From contig OX597817.1 of assembly GCA_951406725.2 (NCBI GenBank), positions 106,888,001 through 106,952,000 of the forward strand: a stretch of DNA of 64,000 bases, read 5' to 3'. The DNA is from Octopus vulgaris (lineage: Eukaryota). Position 1 is the first letter of the stretch. Each line of letters opens with the position of its first letter. Made by a program: the position numbers and the translations under genes. This document shows positions 51,851 through 64,000 of the stretch, one piece after another. The notes below the pieces were generated by a model, which did not search any database, was not told the origin of the DNA, and saw only the letters and a list, made by a program, of their open reading frames with translations.

Positions 51851-52060
51851 TTATTTATCCCCTCTTAAAACATAGATGTTCTGTTAAGGCAAACTATACT
51901 GCTGTAGTTACTATGAGAGAAACTCTCATATTGGCTTTTGGTGTAAAATGCACTTTTGTTCACATTTTGCACCAAAAGCCAATATGAAAGTTTCTCTCCT
52001 GGTAACTACTGCAGTATAGTTTGTCCTAACAGAACATTCATGTTTAAATGGGGATAAATA
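51851..52060. repeat. ~210-bp palindromic element (probable MITE)
   Basis: Arms 51851-51950 and 51963-52060 mirror each other (catattggcttttggtg / caccaaaagccaatatg). Confidence 0.7.
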
Positions 52061-53000
52061 TTATCTCTCAGTATTAATACTGCCTATGTCACTGAATATA
52101 TCTTTTTATTAAATTTTTTTTTTATTCAGTTCAGTCATTTGACTGTGACCATGCTGGAGCACTGCCTTTTAGTTGAACAAATCAACCCCATCACTTATTC
52201 TTTGTAAGCCTAGTACTTATTTTATCGGTCTCTTTTGCTGAAGTTATGAGTATGTAAACACACCAGCATTGGTTGTCAAGTAATGGCTGGGAAACAAACA
52301 CAGACACACAAATATATACACATACATATATATATGAGCTTCTTTCAGTTTCCATCTACCAAATCCACTCACAAGGCTTAGGTTGGGCCGAGGCTATAGT
52401 AGAAAACACTTGCCTAAGGTGCCATGCAGTGGGACTGAACCCAGAACTATATGGTTGGGAAGCAAGCTTCCTTCCACACAGTCACTCCTGTGTGTGTATG
52501 TTGCTTCCCAACCATATGGTTCTGGGTTCAGTCCCACTGCATGGCACCTTAGGCAAGTGTTTTCTACTATAGCCTCGGGCCAACCTAAGCCTTGTGAGTG
52601 GATTTGGTAGATGGAAACTGAAAGAAGGTCATCATATATATATGTATGTGTATATATTTGTGTGTCTGTGTTTGTTTCCCAGCCATTACTTGACAACCAA
52701 TGCTGGTGTGTTTACATACTCATAACTTCAGCAAAAGAGACCGATAAAATAAGTACTAGGCTTACAAAGAATAAGTGATGGGGTTGATTTGTTCAACTAA
52801 AAGGCAGTGCTCCAGCATGGTCACAGTCAAATGACTGAACTGAATAAAAAAAAATTTAATAAAAAGATATATTCAGTGACATAGGCAGTATTAATACTGA
52901 GAGATAATATTTATTCCCATTTAAACATGAATGTTCTGTTAGGACAAACTATACTGCAGTAGTTACCAGGAGAGAAACTTTCATATTGGCTTTTGGTGCA
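51968..53000. repeat. Recent ~500-bp inverted duplication with a 35-bp spacer (contains two family-1 SINE copies)
   Basis: 51968-52465 is the near-exact reverse complement of 52501-53000. Confidence 0.9.
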
Positions 53001-53914
53001 TACAAATATATGCACAGATGTAGTGTTGGTCTCAGGTTCAGTCCCATTGTGCAGCACCTTGAGCAAATGTCTTCTACTAAAGCCCTAAGCTGACCAAAAT
53101 TGAAATAAAGGTATCCTATTGTGAAAATTGCCTGGCAACGATGGGCTACTAAGCTAGTGTGTGTGTGTGTGTGTGTGTTTTGATATCAGTGATGGTTGTA
53201 AATAAGCATCACCATCATACAAATGATGTTGTTTGTATCCAGTTTTCCATAAAAAACATGTCTGTCTGGCCATGGGGAAATATTAGCTTGCTTAGAAACA
53301 GGAAGGACATCCAGTTGTAGGAAAATCTGCTTCAACAAATTCTGTATGATTCACGCAAACATGGAAAAGTAGATGTTAAATGATGATGATCATATAAATG
53401 TAGTAGGATGGTGGTGGCGCTGGTGGTAGATTTTCCTGTCAAGCATTCAATAATAAAAAACAAAAAAAAACTTGTTATTGAACAACCTGCATAAACAACG
53501 TCTTTTAAATGGAGTAAATCTTGTGCAAAGCCTACACCACTTTCTCCCCCCAATTGCATAACCTGCACTGGTGTACAAAAACAAATGCTTAGGAAGGAAG
53601 GAGATACAGAAACACATGCTAGGGAAGGTAGGGATATTAATCCCAAACATACTGATGTTGATCTCCATATCTTTTGCATTTCACACCATACATAAAGTAC
53701 TCCTTGCCATAGCTTGTCTAAAAACAAAACATACAGCTAAGCAGATTACAAGCACAAGCCAGAGTACACAAAATAACATAATTTACTGCAATGTAAAGGC
53801 TCAAAGCACCTGTTGCTATAGTTGAGATTGTTTAGGAGTTTGTCACTTCTAAAGTGGTCTTTCAGTGCACTTATTCCTATTTCAAGTTTTTCTATAACCT
53901 TATATAGTTTTTAT

Positions 53915-54295
53915 CTTTTACTTGTTTCAGTCATTAGACTGTGACCATGCTGGAGCACTGCCATGAAAATTTTTTAGTTGGATGATTTGACTCCAGTACT
54001 GTTTTTAAAAGCCTGATATTCTATCAGTCTCTCTTGCTGAATTGCTAAGTTACAGGGATCTAATTACACCAACACTGGTTGTTAAGCAGTGGTAGGAAAC
54101 CAACACTGACACAAAGATAAATAAATAAATAAATATATATATACATACCTACAATGGGCTTCTTTCAGTTTCTGCCTACCAAATCCACTTACAAGGTTTG
54201 GTCAGCCTGAGGTCCAAGGTGCCACATAGTAGGACTCAACCTGGAACCATGTAGTTGACAAGCAAGCTCCTTACCACACAGCCATGCCTGCACCT
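53915..54295 (-). mobile_element. SINE family 1
   Basis: Reverse complement of the family-1 consensus; further partial copies at 54670-54775 and 55450-56115. Confidence 0.75.
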
Positions 54296-56199
54296 AGTAT
54301 TACTAATTAGTTATTGACATTATCGTGTTTATTCTAGTAATCCTCTTTACTAAGCAAACATTATGGAGGTGGGGTGCCAATGACTTGACCATGCAGCAGG
54401 TCATATTGGATTATTTATTACCAGAAGTACTTACAGCAACCTGACATATCATCATCATCATCATTTTTTTAATGTCTACTTTTTCATATTTGCATATGGA
54501 ATCTACTGAGGCAGACTTTCTATGCCCAGATGCTCTCTTTGTCTCCAACCCTCACCTCACTTGTTTCCAAGCACATGTATATATGTGAGTGTGTGCATAT
54601 GTGTTACATGTTTTATATATATATATATACATATATATGTGTGTGTGTGTGTATGTTATATATACACACATACTATGGGTTTCTTTCAGTTTCTGTCTAC
54701 CAAATCCACTCACAAGGCTTTGGTGTGCTTGAGGCTATAAGAGAAGGCACTTGCCCAAGGTGCTACACAGTGGGATGGGGCCTGCAGAAGAGAAGTTGTA
54801 TTGTTCTTAGTGAGACATGACTAGAGAAATCTCATTACTCTACACTTACTCTGCTCATTTATCCAACCATTTCACAGTAGGTTCAATAAGTGAGTTGGGA
54901 CTTGTGCGCAGTCAATGTAAACATAAACATAAGGAAGACTCAGTAATCTAGAGCTTGTACATTTGCTCAGGTGACTGAGGAGGAGAATTGGAGAGTGAGA
55001 GAGGGAGAGAGAGAGAGAGAGAGAAATGATGTCGGAAGGACCAGAATTAGTGGGAGAGGAAGGAACAGGAACAAGAGGAACACAAGCACAATAGAAATAA
55101 AACACACTTTGCTGTGAAAAAAAAATAGCCTTTCTTCAACTTGCTCTTACCCTAGCTACAATACTTTCTGAACACACCCCTCTCCAGCTAATCATATCGC
55201 TTAGGAAAAAGAAGGTATTAACAACTTCTAGTGAACCAGACAAGCATGTAAAAAGATTCTAATTTCAGTGTACTTTTAGTGTGTTTTGCTCCAATTCCTC
55301 TACTATATATGACACATACCTTCTCTGTTAAAGTGTCTATGGTTCCATTACATAACTTATAGTAGGTATAGAGTAGTTTATACCTACTCCTTTTCTGCAT
55401 ATCAAGTATGGACATTTTCCTACTGTCTTAGTCTTTTCTATCTTTTGTCTTTTTATCTGTTTCAGTCATTAGACCTTAGCCATGCAGGGGTGTCATCTTG
55501 AAAATCTTTTAGTTGAACAAATCAACCCCAGTACTTTTTTTTTCTTTTAAGCCTGGTGCTTATCATGGTCTCCTTTTTCAGAACTTCCAATCTACAGGGA
55601 CAAACAAACCAACAAATTGTCAAACGATGGTGGGACACAAACATAAACACAAAGATGCACAATACATCCAAACACACACAAACACATGCCTTTCAGTTTC
55701 GGTCTATCAAATCCACTCACAAGGCTTTGGTCAGCCAAGGCCAAGAATTTTTAGCTGAATGAATCAACCACAGTACTTATCTTTTTTTTTAAAGCCAAAT
55801 AGTTGTTCTATCAGTCTCTTTTGCTGAGCTGCTAAGTTATGAGGATGTAAACACATGAACACAGGTTGTCAAGCAGTGGTGGCAGACAAACACAGACTCA
55901 AAGACATGCACACATGCATATGTATGTATATATGTATGTATGCATGGATACATACATACATGCATAATGGGCTTCTTTCAGTTTCCATCTACCAAATCCA
56001 CTTCCAAGGTAATGGTCAGCTTGAGGCTATAGTAGAAGGGACTTGCCCAAGTTGCCATGCAATGTGACTGAACTTGGAACCATGTGGTTGGGATGCAAGC
56101 TTCTTACCACACAATTATGCCATGTATAACATATCTCTATATAGTTAGAAATTTATTGGTGACATATGCAAGTTTGTTGAAAGTGCAATTTAGTCTATC

Positions 56200-56745
56200 A
56201 AATCAAATCAAAATAGATGAACATAAATGGAATTTGTATCTTTGTGGTACCAGTGCCGGTGGCACACAAGAAAATCATCCGAACGTGGCCGTAGCCAGTA
56301 CCGCATAGACTGGCCTCCGTGCTTTGGGGACGTAACAAACACCATCCGATCGTGGCCGTCTGCCAGCCTCATCTGGCACCTGTGTCGGTGGCACATAAAA
56401 ACACCATCCGAGCGTGGCCGTCTGGCACCTGTGTCGGTGGCACATAAAAACACCATCCGAGCGTGGCCGTCTGCCAGCCTCGTCTGGCACCTGTGTCGGT
56501 GGCACATAAAAACACCATCCGAGCGTGGCCGTTCGCCAGCCTCGTCTGGCACCTGTGTCGGTGGCACATAAAATCACCCACTACACTCTCGGAGTGGTTG
56601 GCGTTAGGAAGGGCATCCAGCTGTAGAAACACTGCCAGATCTGACTGGCCTGGTGCAGCCTTCGGGCTCCCCAGACCCCAGTTGAACCGTCCAACCCATG
56701 CTAGCATGGAAAACGGACGCTAAATGATGATGATGATGATGATGA
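56200..56745 (+). mobile_element. Young RTE 3'-UTR insertion with ~62-bp tandem hairpin units
   Basis: Near-identical to 21770-22243 but with one extra, internally deleted unit; (gat)n tail. Confidence 0.8.
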
Positions 56746-59674
56746 GTACAACAATTATTTATGTAGGAATAAAGAATTTAATAAGTATACTAGCTGGTTG
56801 TCTCTTGATGCAGCTATTAGCATGCCATCACTAATTGCACACAACTATAAATGTCAACAGTATAAATGTCAAAAGAAACAAAACTAGCTGCAAATATTGC
56901 TAAATCGATTTTTCTTACGGAATCTCATATATTGTCAGCATAGATACAATGCTTTTTTGTTGTTTTTTTTTCATTTTAGTCTTTTAATTATTTATTTGGT
57001 ATTACTTTCTTCATTTTTTTCCTAATATCACCAAAGTCACTATGGAGCTGTTTCATGTTACTTTCATCAAATTGCTAATAAAAAGAAAAGAATGGGTTTT
57101 ACTTTGGAATGGAATAGACTATGTCTGACATAACCATTAAATAATTAGTAACAAGTTGTTTCTTTTCTAGCCCTGGGTCAGTTCTGATCAATCAGACTAA
57201 TAACTAAAGTTATTCCATCTTTTTTACTATTTTTGTCCCATTTTTTCTTTTCCAACATTGTCTATCCTCAGTTACATTATCCAATATGTTTAATTTTTAT
57301 AAGACTGTATTGTGCTATTTGAGATACATTTGGTTATTTCAATGTTTTATAATCAGTTGCGGAAGGGAAGCTGGAGAAGCTTCATTGTAAATGGTTGTTT
57401 CAAACTTTTGGAGACAATAACGAACATTAGATCTTTGTTTAGTAAACCAAACTTGTTATTAAGCCACTGATTAAGACAGCTATCCAGCAAAAGCCACTAG
57501 GCAGACTTTTGACACCATAAACATTATTTTTGCAATTTTAATGGCTGCCTTTTTTTCTTTGTTGGCATCAATTAGACAGGTCACATATGTGAAAGCCACC
57601 ACCATAAGATCTAAACCAGCAATAGGCAGCCAGCAGCTCATGAGAGTTCCTGAATGGCATACCTAACATAAAATTACCTTCACTTTTTTTTTAGTATGAC
57701 CAACCTGAAGATGAGCTATGTTTCATGCAGCCCCACTTCTCAATAAACTTATCACTTCCTTTCATGTTTTCTTCAATCTTGGAAATATTCTGTTAATTCA
57801 TGATATTTTCTCATTCAGCTTCGATTGTCCATTTACATCACACCAACTCAATCATTTCAATAGTACACTGCCTAAACTACTCTATCAGTTCACATATACT
57901 CTAACATTACAAACCCACTGAATTATACCCAATTTATTTATCTCCAGTCTTGTAAATGTTTCATTGGCATAAAACATAGAAATTATTATGCATGCTTTGT
58001 GAAGTCTATCTTTAGACTGACAGAGAAAGCAACAGATGAACAACACTCTAAAATTCTTCCATCCTACGAGCATAGTGGTTCCTAAATGGTGTACCATGGT
58101 ACATTAACATACAGTGAAAATAATAAAATCTTATTTAAAAAATTTGAATACAAATTGACATTGTAGTTATGTACATATGTGTGTGTGTGTGTGTGTGTGC
58201 GTATGCGTGTGCGTGTGTGTCTATGTGTACAGGCTTAATACAATATGAAACATGTCAACCAAACCAAACCAAACTCAGTCTTGTTTAGGTACAGAATGGA
58301 GAAGTAATGGTTGTGTGATTAATAAGTTCATGTCCCAACCACATCATTTCAGGTTCAGTCCCATAGTGTGGCACCTTGGACAAGTGACTTTCCCTATATC
58401 CCTGGGCCAACCAAGCCTTGTAAGTGAATTTAGTAGATGGAAACTGGAAGGAGCTTGTTGTATGTATATATTAGGTTGGTCAAAAATTTTGTTCACTTTT
58501 TTCCTTTGCATATTTGTATTTGTTAGATACCTGGCACACAAACGTAGTTCAATGTGATCTTCCAATGAGACAGGTTGTATTTTGTGTACTTGACATCACC
58601 CCGAAAATGGAGAGCCAAAATTAATATTATCAACATGTCATACTCTTTCATTTTGGAAAAGGTAAGAAAGTAGCAGAAACCTGCAGGTTGCTATAACAGA
58701 ATGCGTGCGTGCCAGTAGTGGTTTTCAGGATTTCAAGTGGGAAATTTTTCCATTCAAGATGCACCTTGCACTGGCCAGCCAACTGAGATTAACAACAACA
58801 AGATGTAGGAATTAGTCAAATCTAATCCCTGTTATAAGATCAGGATGATCACAGAGATTCTCCAAATATCTAAATTGAGTGTTGAAAATCATGTGCATCA
58901 ACTTAGTTATGTGAGCAGGTTTGATGTTTGAGTTTGATATTGATTGAATGAGGAGAACATGGCCCAAAGAATTCCAAATGTGATTCATAGTAGATGCATG
59001 AAGAAAACAATCTTTTTTTAAAGAGAATTGTGACAGGGGATGAAATAATGGATTATCTTGCACAATGTGAAAGGGAACAATCATGGGGCAGTGTAGCAAA
59101 CCACTACAAACACCCTCCAAAGAACTTCACCCAAATAGTTTAAGCTTTGAATTTGGTTGGATTGGATATGTGTTGCCTTTTTACAAGCTTCTTTCCATGA
59201 ACAGGACCATCAATTCAGATATGTACTATGACTAGCTAGACAAATTAAATTCAGCCATCTGAAAGAAGCATCTTGAACTTGCTAATCATAGGGGTATTGT
59301 CCTTCATCGTGACACTACCAGACCACACCCATCTTTGCAGATGCAGTGGATGTTATTGAGACTTGGCTAGAAGGTTTTCCTTCACCCTCCGTGTTTGCCT
59401 GACCTTTGCATCTTCAGATTTCTTTGTTTCAGTCTCTTCAAGATTCATTGAATGGTCTCAGACATTCAGTTCCAAAGAGGATGCAAAAATTCACCAAGAA
59501 GAGTTCTTCACCAGTAAAGACAGGAAATAATGAATCTGCCCACAAGATGGCAGGAGATATTGGAATCAAATGGCAATTAACTCATTGACTGAATAAATTG
59601 CTTTGTACTTAAAACTTGTCTTAACCCTTTAGCATTCAGATTGCTCTATCAGATGTAATGGTTATTTACTCACA

Positions 59675-60638
59675 GCTCCTCTATGCTGACAACCTTGCTC
59701 TAATTGCTGAGTCACTATCAGAACTGGAGGAGAAGTTCCAGGTGTGGAAGGAGGGTTTAGAATCGAGGGGCCTTAGAGTCAACCTAGCTAAAACCAAAGT
59801 ACTAATAAGTAGGAAGGTAGACAATTCACAAGTGTCTTCAGGAAGATGGCCCTGCTCGATCTGTAGAAAAGGTGTAGGTAGAAACTCTATAAGATGTACC
59901 CAGTGTAAGCTATGGACACATAAGAGGTGCAGCAATGTCAAAGGTAGGCTAACTGGGAAGATAGTTTTTGTATGTGGCAGATGCTCGGGAGCATTAACCT
60001 CCGAAAATCTGCAGAAAACAACTTCCGTCACTTTCCAGGGGAAAAAACTAGAAGTAGTTGATAGCTTCCGTTATCTAGGTGACCAAGTCAGTAGTGGGGG
60101 TGGGTGCGTTGAAAGTGTAACTGCTAGAATAAGAATAGCCTGGGCAAAGTTTAGGGAGCTCTTACCTCTGCTGGTGACTAAAGGCCTCTCGCTCAGAGTA
60201 AAAGGCAGACTGTATGATGCATGTGTACGAACAGCCATGCTACATGGCAGTGAAACATGGGCCGTGACTACTGAGGACATGCGTAAGCTCGCAAGGAATG
60301 AAGCCAGTATGCTCCGATGGATGTGTAATTTCAGTGTACATACTCGACAGAGCGTTAGTACCTTGAGAGAAATGTTGTACCTAAGAAGCATCAGTTGTGG
60401 TGTGCAAGAAAGACGATTGCGCTGGTATGGTCATGGGGCGAGAATGGATGAAGATAGGTGTGTGAAAAAGTGCCAATCCCTAGCAGTTGAGAGAACCCGT
60501 GGAAGAAGTAGACCCAGGAAAACCTGGGATGAGGTGGTAAAGCACGACCTTTGAACTTTAGGCCTCACTGAGGAAATGACCAGCGACCGAGACCTTTGGA
60601 AATATGCTGTACGTGAGAAGACCAGGCAGGACAAGTGA
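59675..60638 (+). pseudogene. RTE ORF2 C-terminal fragment (YADD changed to YADN; premature TGA at 60552-60554, frame continues to 60638)
   Basis: ORF track 59658-60554; the downstream frame reads TLGLTEEMTSDRDLWKYAVREKTRQDK*, matching the copy at ~18000. Confidence 0.8.
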
Positions 60639-61159
60639 GCCCAGCCCACTTATGCATGCCTTTCCTCCCTTGGACACAAAGACCTGTTGGGGAGAGCGAA
60701 GTCGATATCGAACCTCATCCGACGACAGGCACCCGTGCCAACCCCCTTTGCTTGCGAAGACATGTTGGGGCAAGTGAAATCGAAATCGGAATCGAAATTG
60801 AACCAATCCTATGACTGGCACCCGACAGATGCCAAAACCCCTGGACTGGTGGTACGTAAAAAGCACTATCCAAATCATGGCCAATGCCAGCACCGCTTCG
60901 ACTGGCTTCCGTGCCGGTGGTACGTAAAATGCACCAATCCGACCGTGGCCGTTGCCAGCCTCGCCTGTGCGGTTGGCACGTAAAAAGCACCCACTACACT
61001 CACGGAGTGGTTGGCGTTAGGAAGGGCATCCAGCTGTAGAAACATTGCCAGATAAGAATGGAGCCTGGTGCAGCCTTCTGGCTTCCCAGATCCCCAGTCA
61101 AACCGTCCAACCCATGCTAGCATGGAGAACGGACATTAAACGATGATGATGATGATGAT
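59675..61159 (+). mobile_element. 5'-truncated RTE-clade LINE with PHD-like finger, hairpin-unit 3' UTR and (GAT)n tail
   Basis: LLYADNLALIAES, GLRVNLAKTK, FRYLG, LHGSETW, RRLRWYGH, RSRPRKTW. Confidence 0.9.
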
Positions 61160-62400
61160 TGTTTTGATTAAATCATACATTATCTTGTAGCTTTGAGATT
61201 TTAATGATGCAATTGTTTATTTTTAGAATGACACTGTAGGATAGGTTTGAGAGGCTTGAGCTGTCCAGTTTGAACATAAAACAGGAAGAATATTTGGGCC
61301 TGATATGGCCGGTTTGAATATTAAAGGTTTAAAAAAAGCAAACAAACTTTTTGGCCAACCCAATGTGTATGTGTGTCTTTGTCAAGACAAGTATGGAAAA
61401 ACAGACATTAAAATCATGATGATTAAGACAGTGATGGTGGTGGTGGTAGTTGAAAAAAATCTAGGAAAGTAAAAGCCTTTAATACATATATTTTACTTCA
61501 TGATCAAAGTACACCATGAGTAAAAAAAGTCTTGGAACCATTGTTCTAGCAACTATGGCCTTGCTGTAACTGTATATTCATAATAGAACAGCAAAGTATA
61601 TATAACATTTCTAACAAGGCATCTGAGCAGTTAATGCTTTAATTTCTTGGATGTTCCTAATCTAACTATTCCTGTGTGTCTATCACACCAGAAGTCTTAG
61701 CTCATTGTCAATTCAATTGCATTGTTTGAATTTATTTCCAGCCTACACTTAGAGTCAGACCATTTTCCAAATGATATTGTGATCATGATCATTGATTGAC
61801 ATCTTATCTTTCAGGTTGTGAATTTTCAATATAACTCTTCTTTTGGTATGACAGCTAGATGATCAATATTCAGAGCCCGCCAAGGAAACCATCCTGAACA
61901 TTTGCATTGTCTTCTCAAGGGTAATACATAAAAAAAAAATGAAGATTTCAATATGTAAGCGCTGAACTAATTCTCAAAATAAACAAATCTACCATCTCCT
62001 ATGTGGAAATTCTGCATTTTGTAAATATTCTTATTTCTATTTTGCTGTATAAATTCATAAATCTTTGTAACATCGTTTCATTATGCTAAAGCTTTGATTT
62101 TGCTCCACAGTTAAGATTTTTGAAGTATAACATTTAGATTTGTTTCACTCTGTTAAAAGTATAATATTCAAACATATCATGACAAGCAGGATATTATAAA
62201 TAACTAACAAGAGAATATTTAAAACATTCATAGATGTGGTTAAGAAGCTTGCTTCCCAACCATGTGGTCTTGGGTTCAGTTGTACAGCAGGGTACCTTGG
62301 GCAAATGTCTTCTACTATCCTTAGGTTGACCAAAACTTTATGAGTGAATCTTGGATTTAGTAGACTGAAAAAGCCCATTGTGTATGTATATATATATATA

Positions 62401-62650
62401 GGTTATGTGAGGTGTCAGTGAGACCCAAAGGTGTCAGGTAATGCTGAATAAGTGCTATGGATAGACCAGAGTTAAGTTCCAGATTCGCTGATTATGCGAA
62501 TAAGGGGTCCAATTTAGGTCGTATATATATGTGTGCATATAAATTTTTTTTTTTTCATAATAAGATAAAAAACCAAGGCTGTGTAGATTTTAGAACATTT
62601 ATAAATAGAAGGTCTTACAGCTGTTTCTAGGATATTTATTATATCCCTTT
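62401..62650 (-). mobile_element. PLE tail fragment (family C) truncated inside its hammerhead
   Basis: Homologous to 22871-23090; minus strand aagggatat-aataa-atatccta-GAAA-CAGCTG-TA-AGACC with the CTGANGA half missing. Confidence 0.6.
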
Positions 62651-62799
62651 GTAGATTAATGGATCTACAAATACAATATCCCTGCATATCTCACATCTAT
62701 TTTCATTCCTCTACCTCACTCTCTATTTCGTATCTTATCTAAATTAACTATTGCTTAACCATCTTCCCACACCGTCTCCAATGTTGTTTTATCTGGTTT

Positions 62800-62998
62800 G
62801 CAGGATTCTTTATGTGAATTCGTGTGTTAAAACAAATTTTGTTGTCTAGGGAGAATCATTATGCCAATATAATTAACACACACACAGGTTCAATTCCACT
62901 CCTTTATTATTTGTTTTGACTAATAACTAAGGAATGGAATTGAACCAATGTATGTGTTAATTATATTGGCATAACAACTCTCCCTAAACACAACATAA
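62800..62998. mobile_element. Fold-back fragment resembling the 3' terminus of the young PLE
   Basis: tttatgtgaattcgtgtgttaaaacaaattttgtt resembles 45657-45692; arms ~62840-62903 / 62928-62995. Confidence 0.5.
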
Positions 62999-63106
62999 TG
63001 TATACACATATATATTTATATTAATGTTTGTTTTTATGTTCTGTTACAATAAAAACAATTTTACATTAATCTGATGGGTTACTCTATACTTTTCTACAGT
63101 ATAAAT

Positions 63107-63243
63107 TTATTATTCTTAAACAAGAATGTTGTTGACAGTGAATTCGAAGTTTTGGCCTGATAAACCATTGTCAGCAGTCCTACAATGGCTTAACTGGCCA
63201 AAATTTTAGTCACAATCAAACATTCTTGTTTAAGAATGATAAA
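63107..63243. repeat. ~135-bp imperfect inverted repeat
   Basis: tttattattcttaaacaagaatgtt / aacattcttgtttaagaatgataaa with inner ttttggcc / ggccaaaa. Confidence 0.7.
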
Positions 63244-64000
63244 GATATGTGTGTGTGTGTGTATGATCATGCTTGTGTTATGTTTGTTAGTTCGTTTATG
63301 TCCCCATAATGTAGTGGTGTTGGTTTGTTTACATCCCCATAATGTAGAAGTTCAGTAAAGGATATCAATAGAATAAATATCAGGTTTAAAAAATAAGTAT
63401 TGTGGTCAATTTGCTTGACTAAACACTACAAGGCAGAGCCCCAACATAGCTACAGTTCAATAGCTGAAACAAGTATACAATAAGATACTTTGTTTGAAAA
63501 CTTAAAAGGGTCTATGCTCTAAAGTAGACATAGCTTACAAACTTAATGTATACGGCATATACTGCATATATAATTCTACCTGATGATTTTCATATGATTA
63601 TTGTTAGCTCCAGTCATTCCTGATCATGCAGACTTATACTGAAAGCATTTCAGACAAGACCATCTTAGACTTTAGTATATATAAAACTATATTGTCTAAT
63701 GTGTCCTCACTGCCTTTTTTATTTATGTTAAGGTAACAGGTTTGTGTTGAGGGATTTTCTGTTGCTTTTCCAGCAGGTGAGGCAAACACATAGAAGCTCT
63801 TCTTGTTTTCCATGATGAAATATTATCTTTCTTGGTGAATGTTGATGACAGGAAGTGCGTCCAGACTTTAAAAAATCTGTCAGCAAATTCCTACTGACTC
63901 ATGCAAGCATGGAAAAGTGGATGTTAGAATGATGATGTCGTATATCATTTTAATAGTTTACAGTGACATAAAAATCCTACTTAGCTTGCTATTTGTTTTC

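Larger units (their letters stand above)
59621..61332. mobile_element. TTAA-flanked MITE (piggyBac-like ends) split by the LINE
   Basis: ttaaccctttagcattca ... tgaatattaaaggtttaa. Confidence 0.6.
58470..61364 (+). mobile_element. Decayed mariner transposon carrying a nested MITE and LINE
   Basis: TIRs ttaggttggtcaaaaatttt / aaactttttggccaacccaa; transposase relics RIVTGDE, VLHRDTTRPH, LPHPP..PDL..SDF. Confidence 0.8.

Noticed and set aside
53487-53717. Possible minus-strand exon(s) after ttttgtttttag
   Set aside because: Several frames look equally plausible and none is recognisable

Overview
AT-rich, microsatellite-dense eukaryotic DNA made almost entirely of transposable elements. The SINE/LINE repertoire looks like an octopus (coleoid cephalopod) intron or intergenic region; that taxon is inferred from the repeat families only. 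No host protein-coding gene could be supported. The centrepiece is a very young Penelope-like retroelement (PLE, ~45631-51163). It has an uninterrupted RT + C-terminal GIY-YIG ORF on the minus strand and a 1.65-kb inverted copy of its 3' end joined head-to-head, inserted in (TA)n. At least five older families of short, mostly fold-back PLE tail fragments lie across the window. Each sits in (TA)n/(CA)n and carries a recognisable or decayed minimal type-I hammerhead ribozyme (HHR) motif. The young element has a hammerhead-shaped fold with a non-canonical core at the equivalent position, and its two arms differ by only two sense-strand A/G substitutions in ADAR-type contexts plus two homopolymer lengths. 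Also present: two decayed Ty3/Gypsy elements, RTE and CR1-type LINE fragments, Tc1/mariner relics and MITEs, a non-autonomous Helitron, three tRNA-derived SINE families, and local inverted and tandem duplications. All RNA folds and alignments were done by eye and need computational confirmation.
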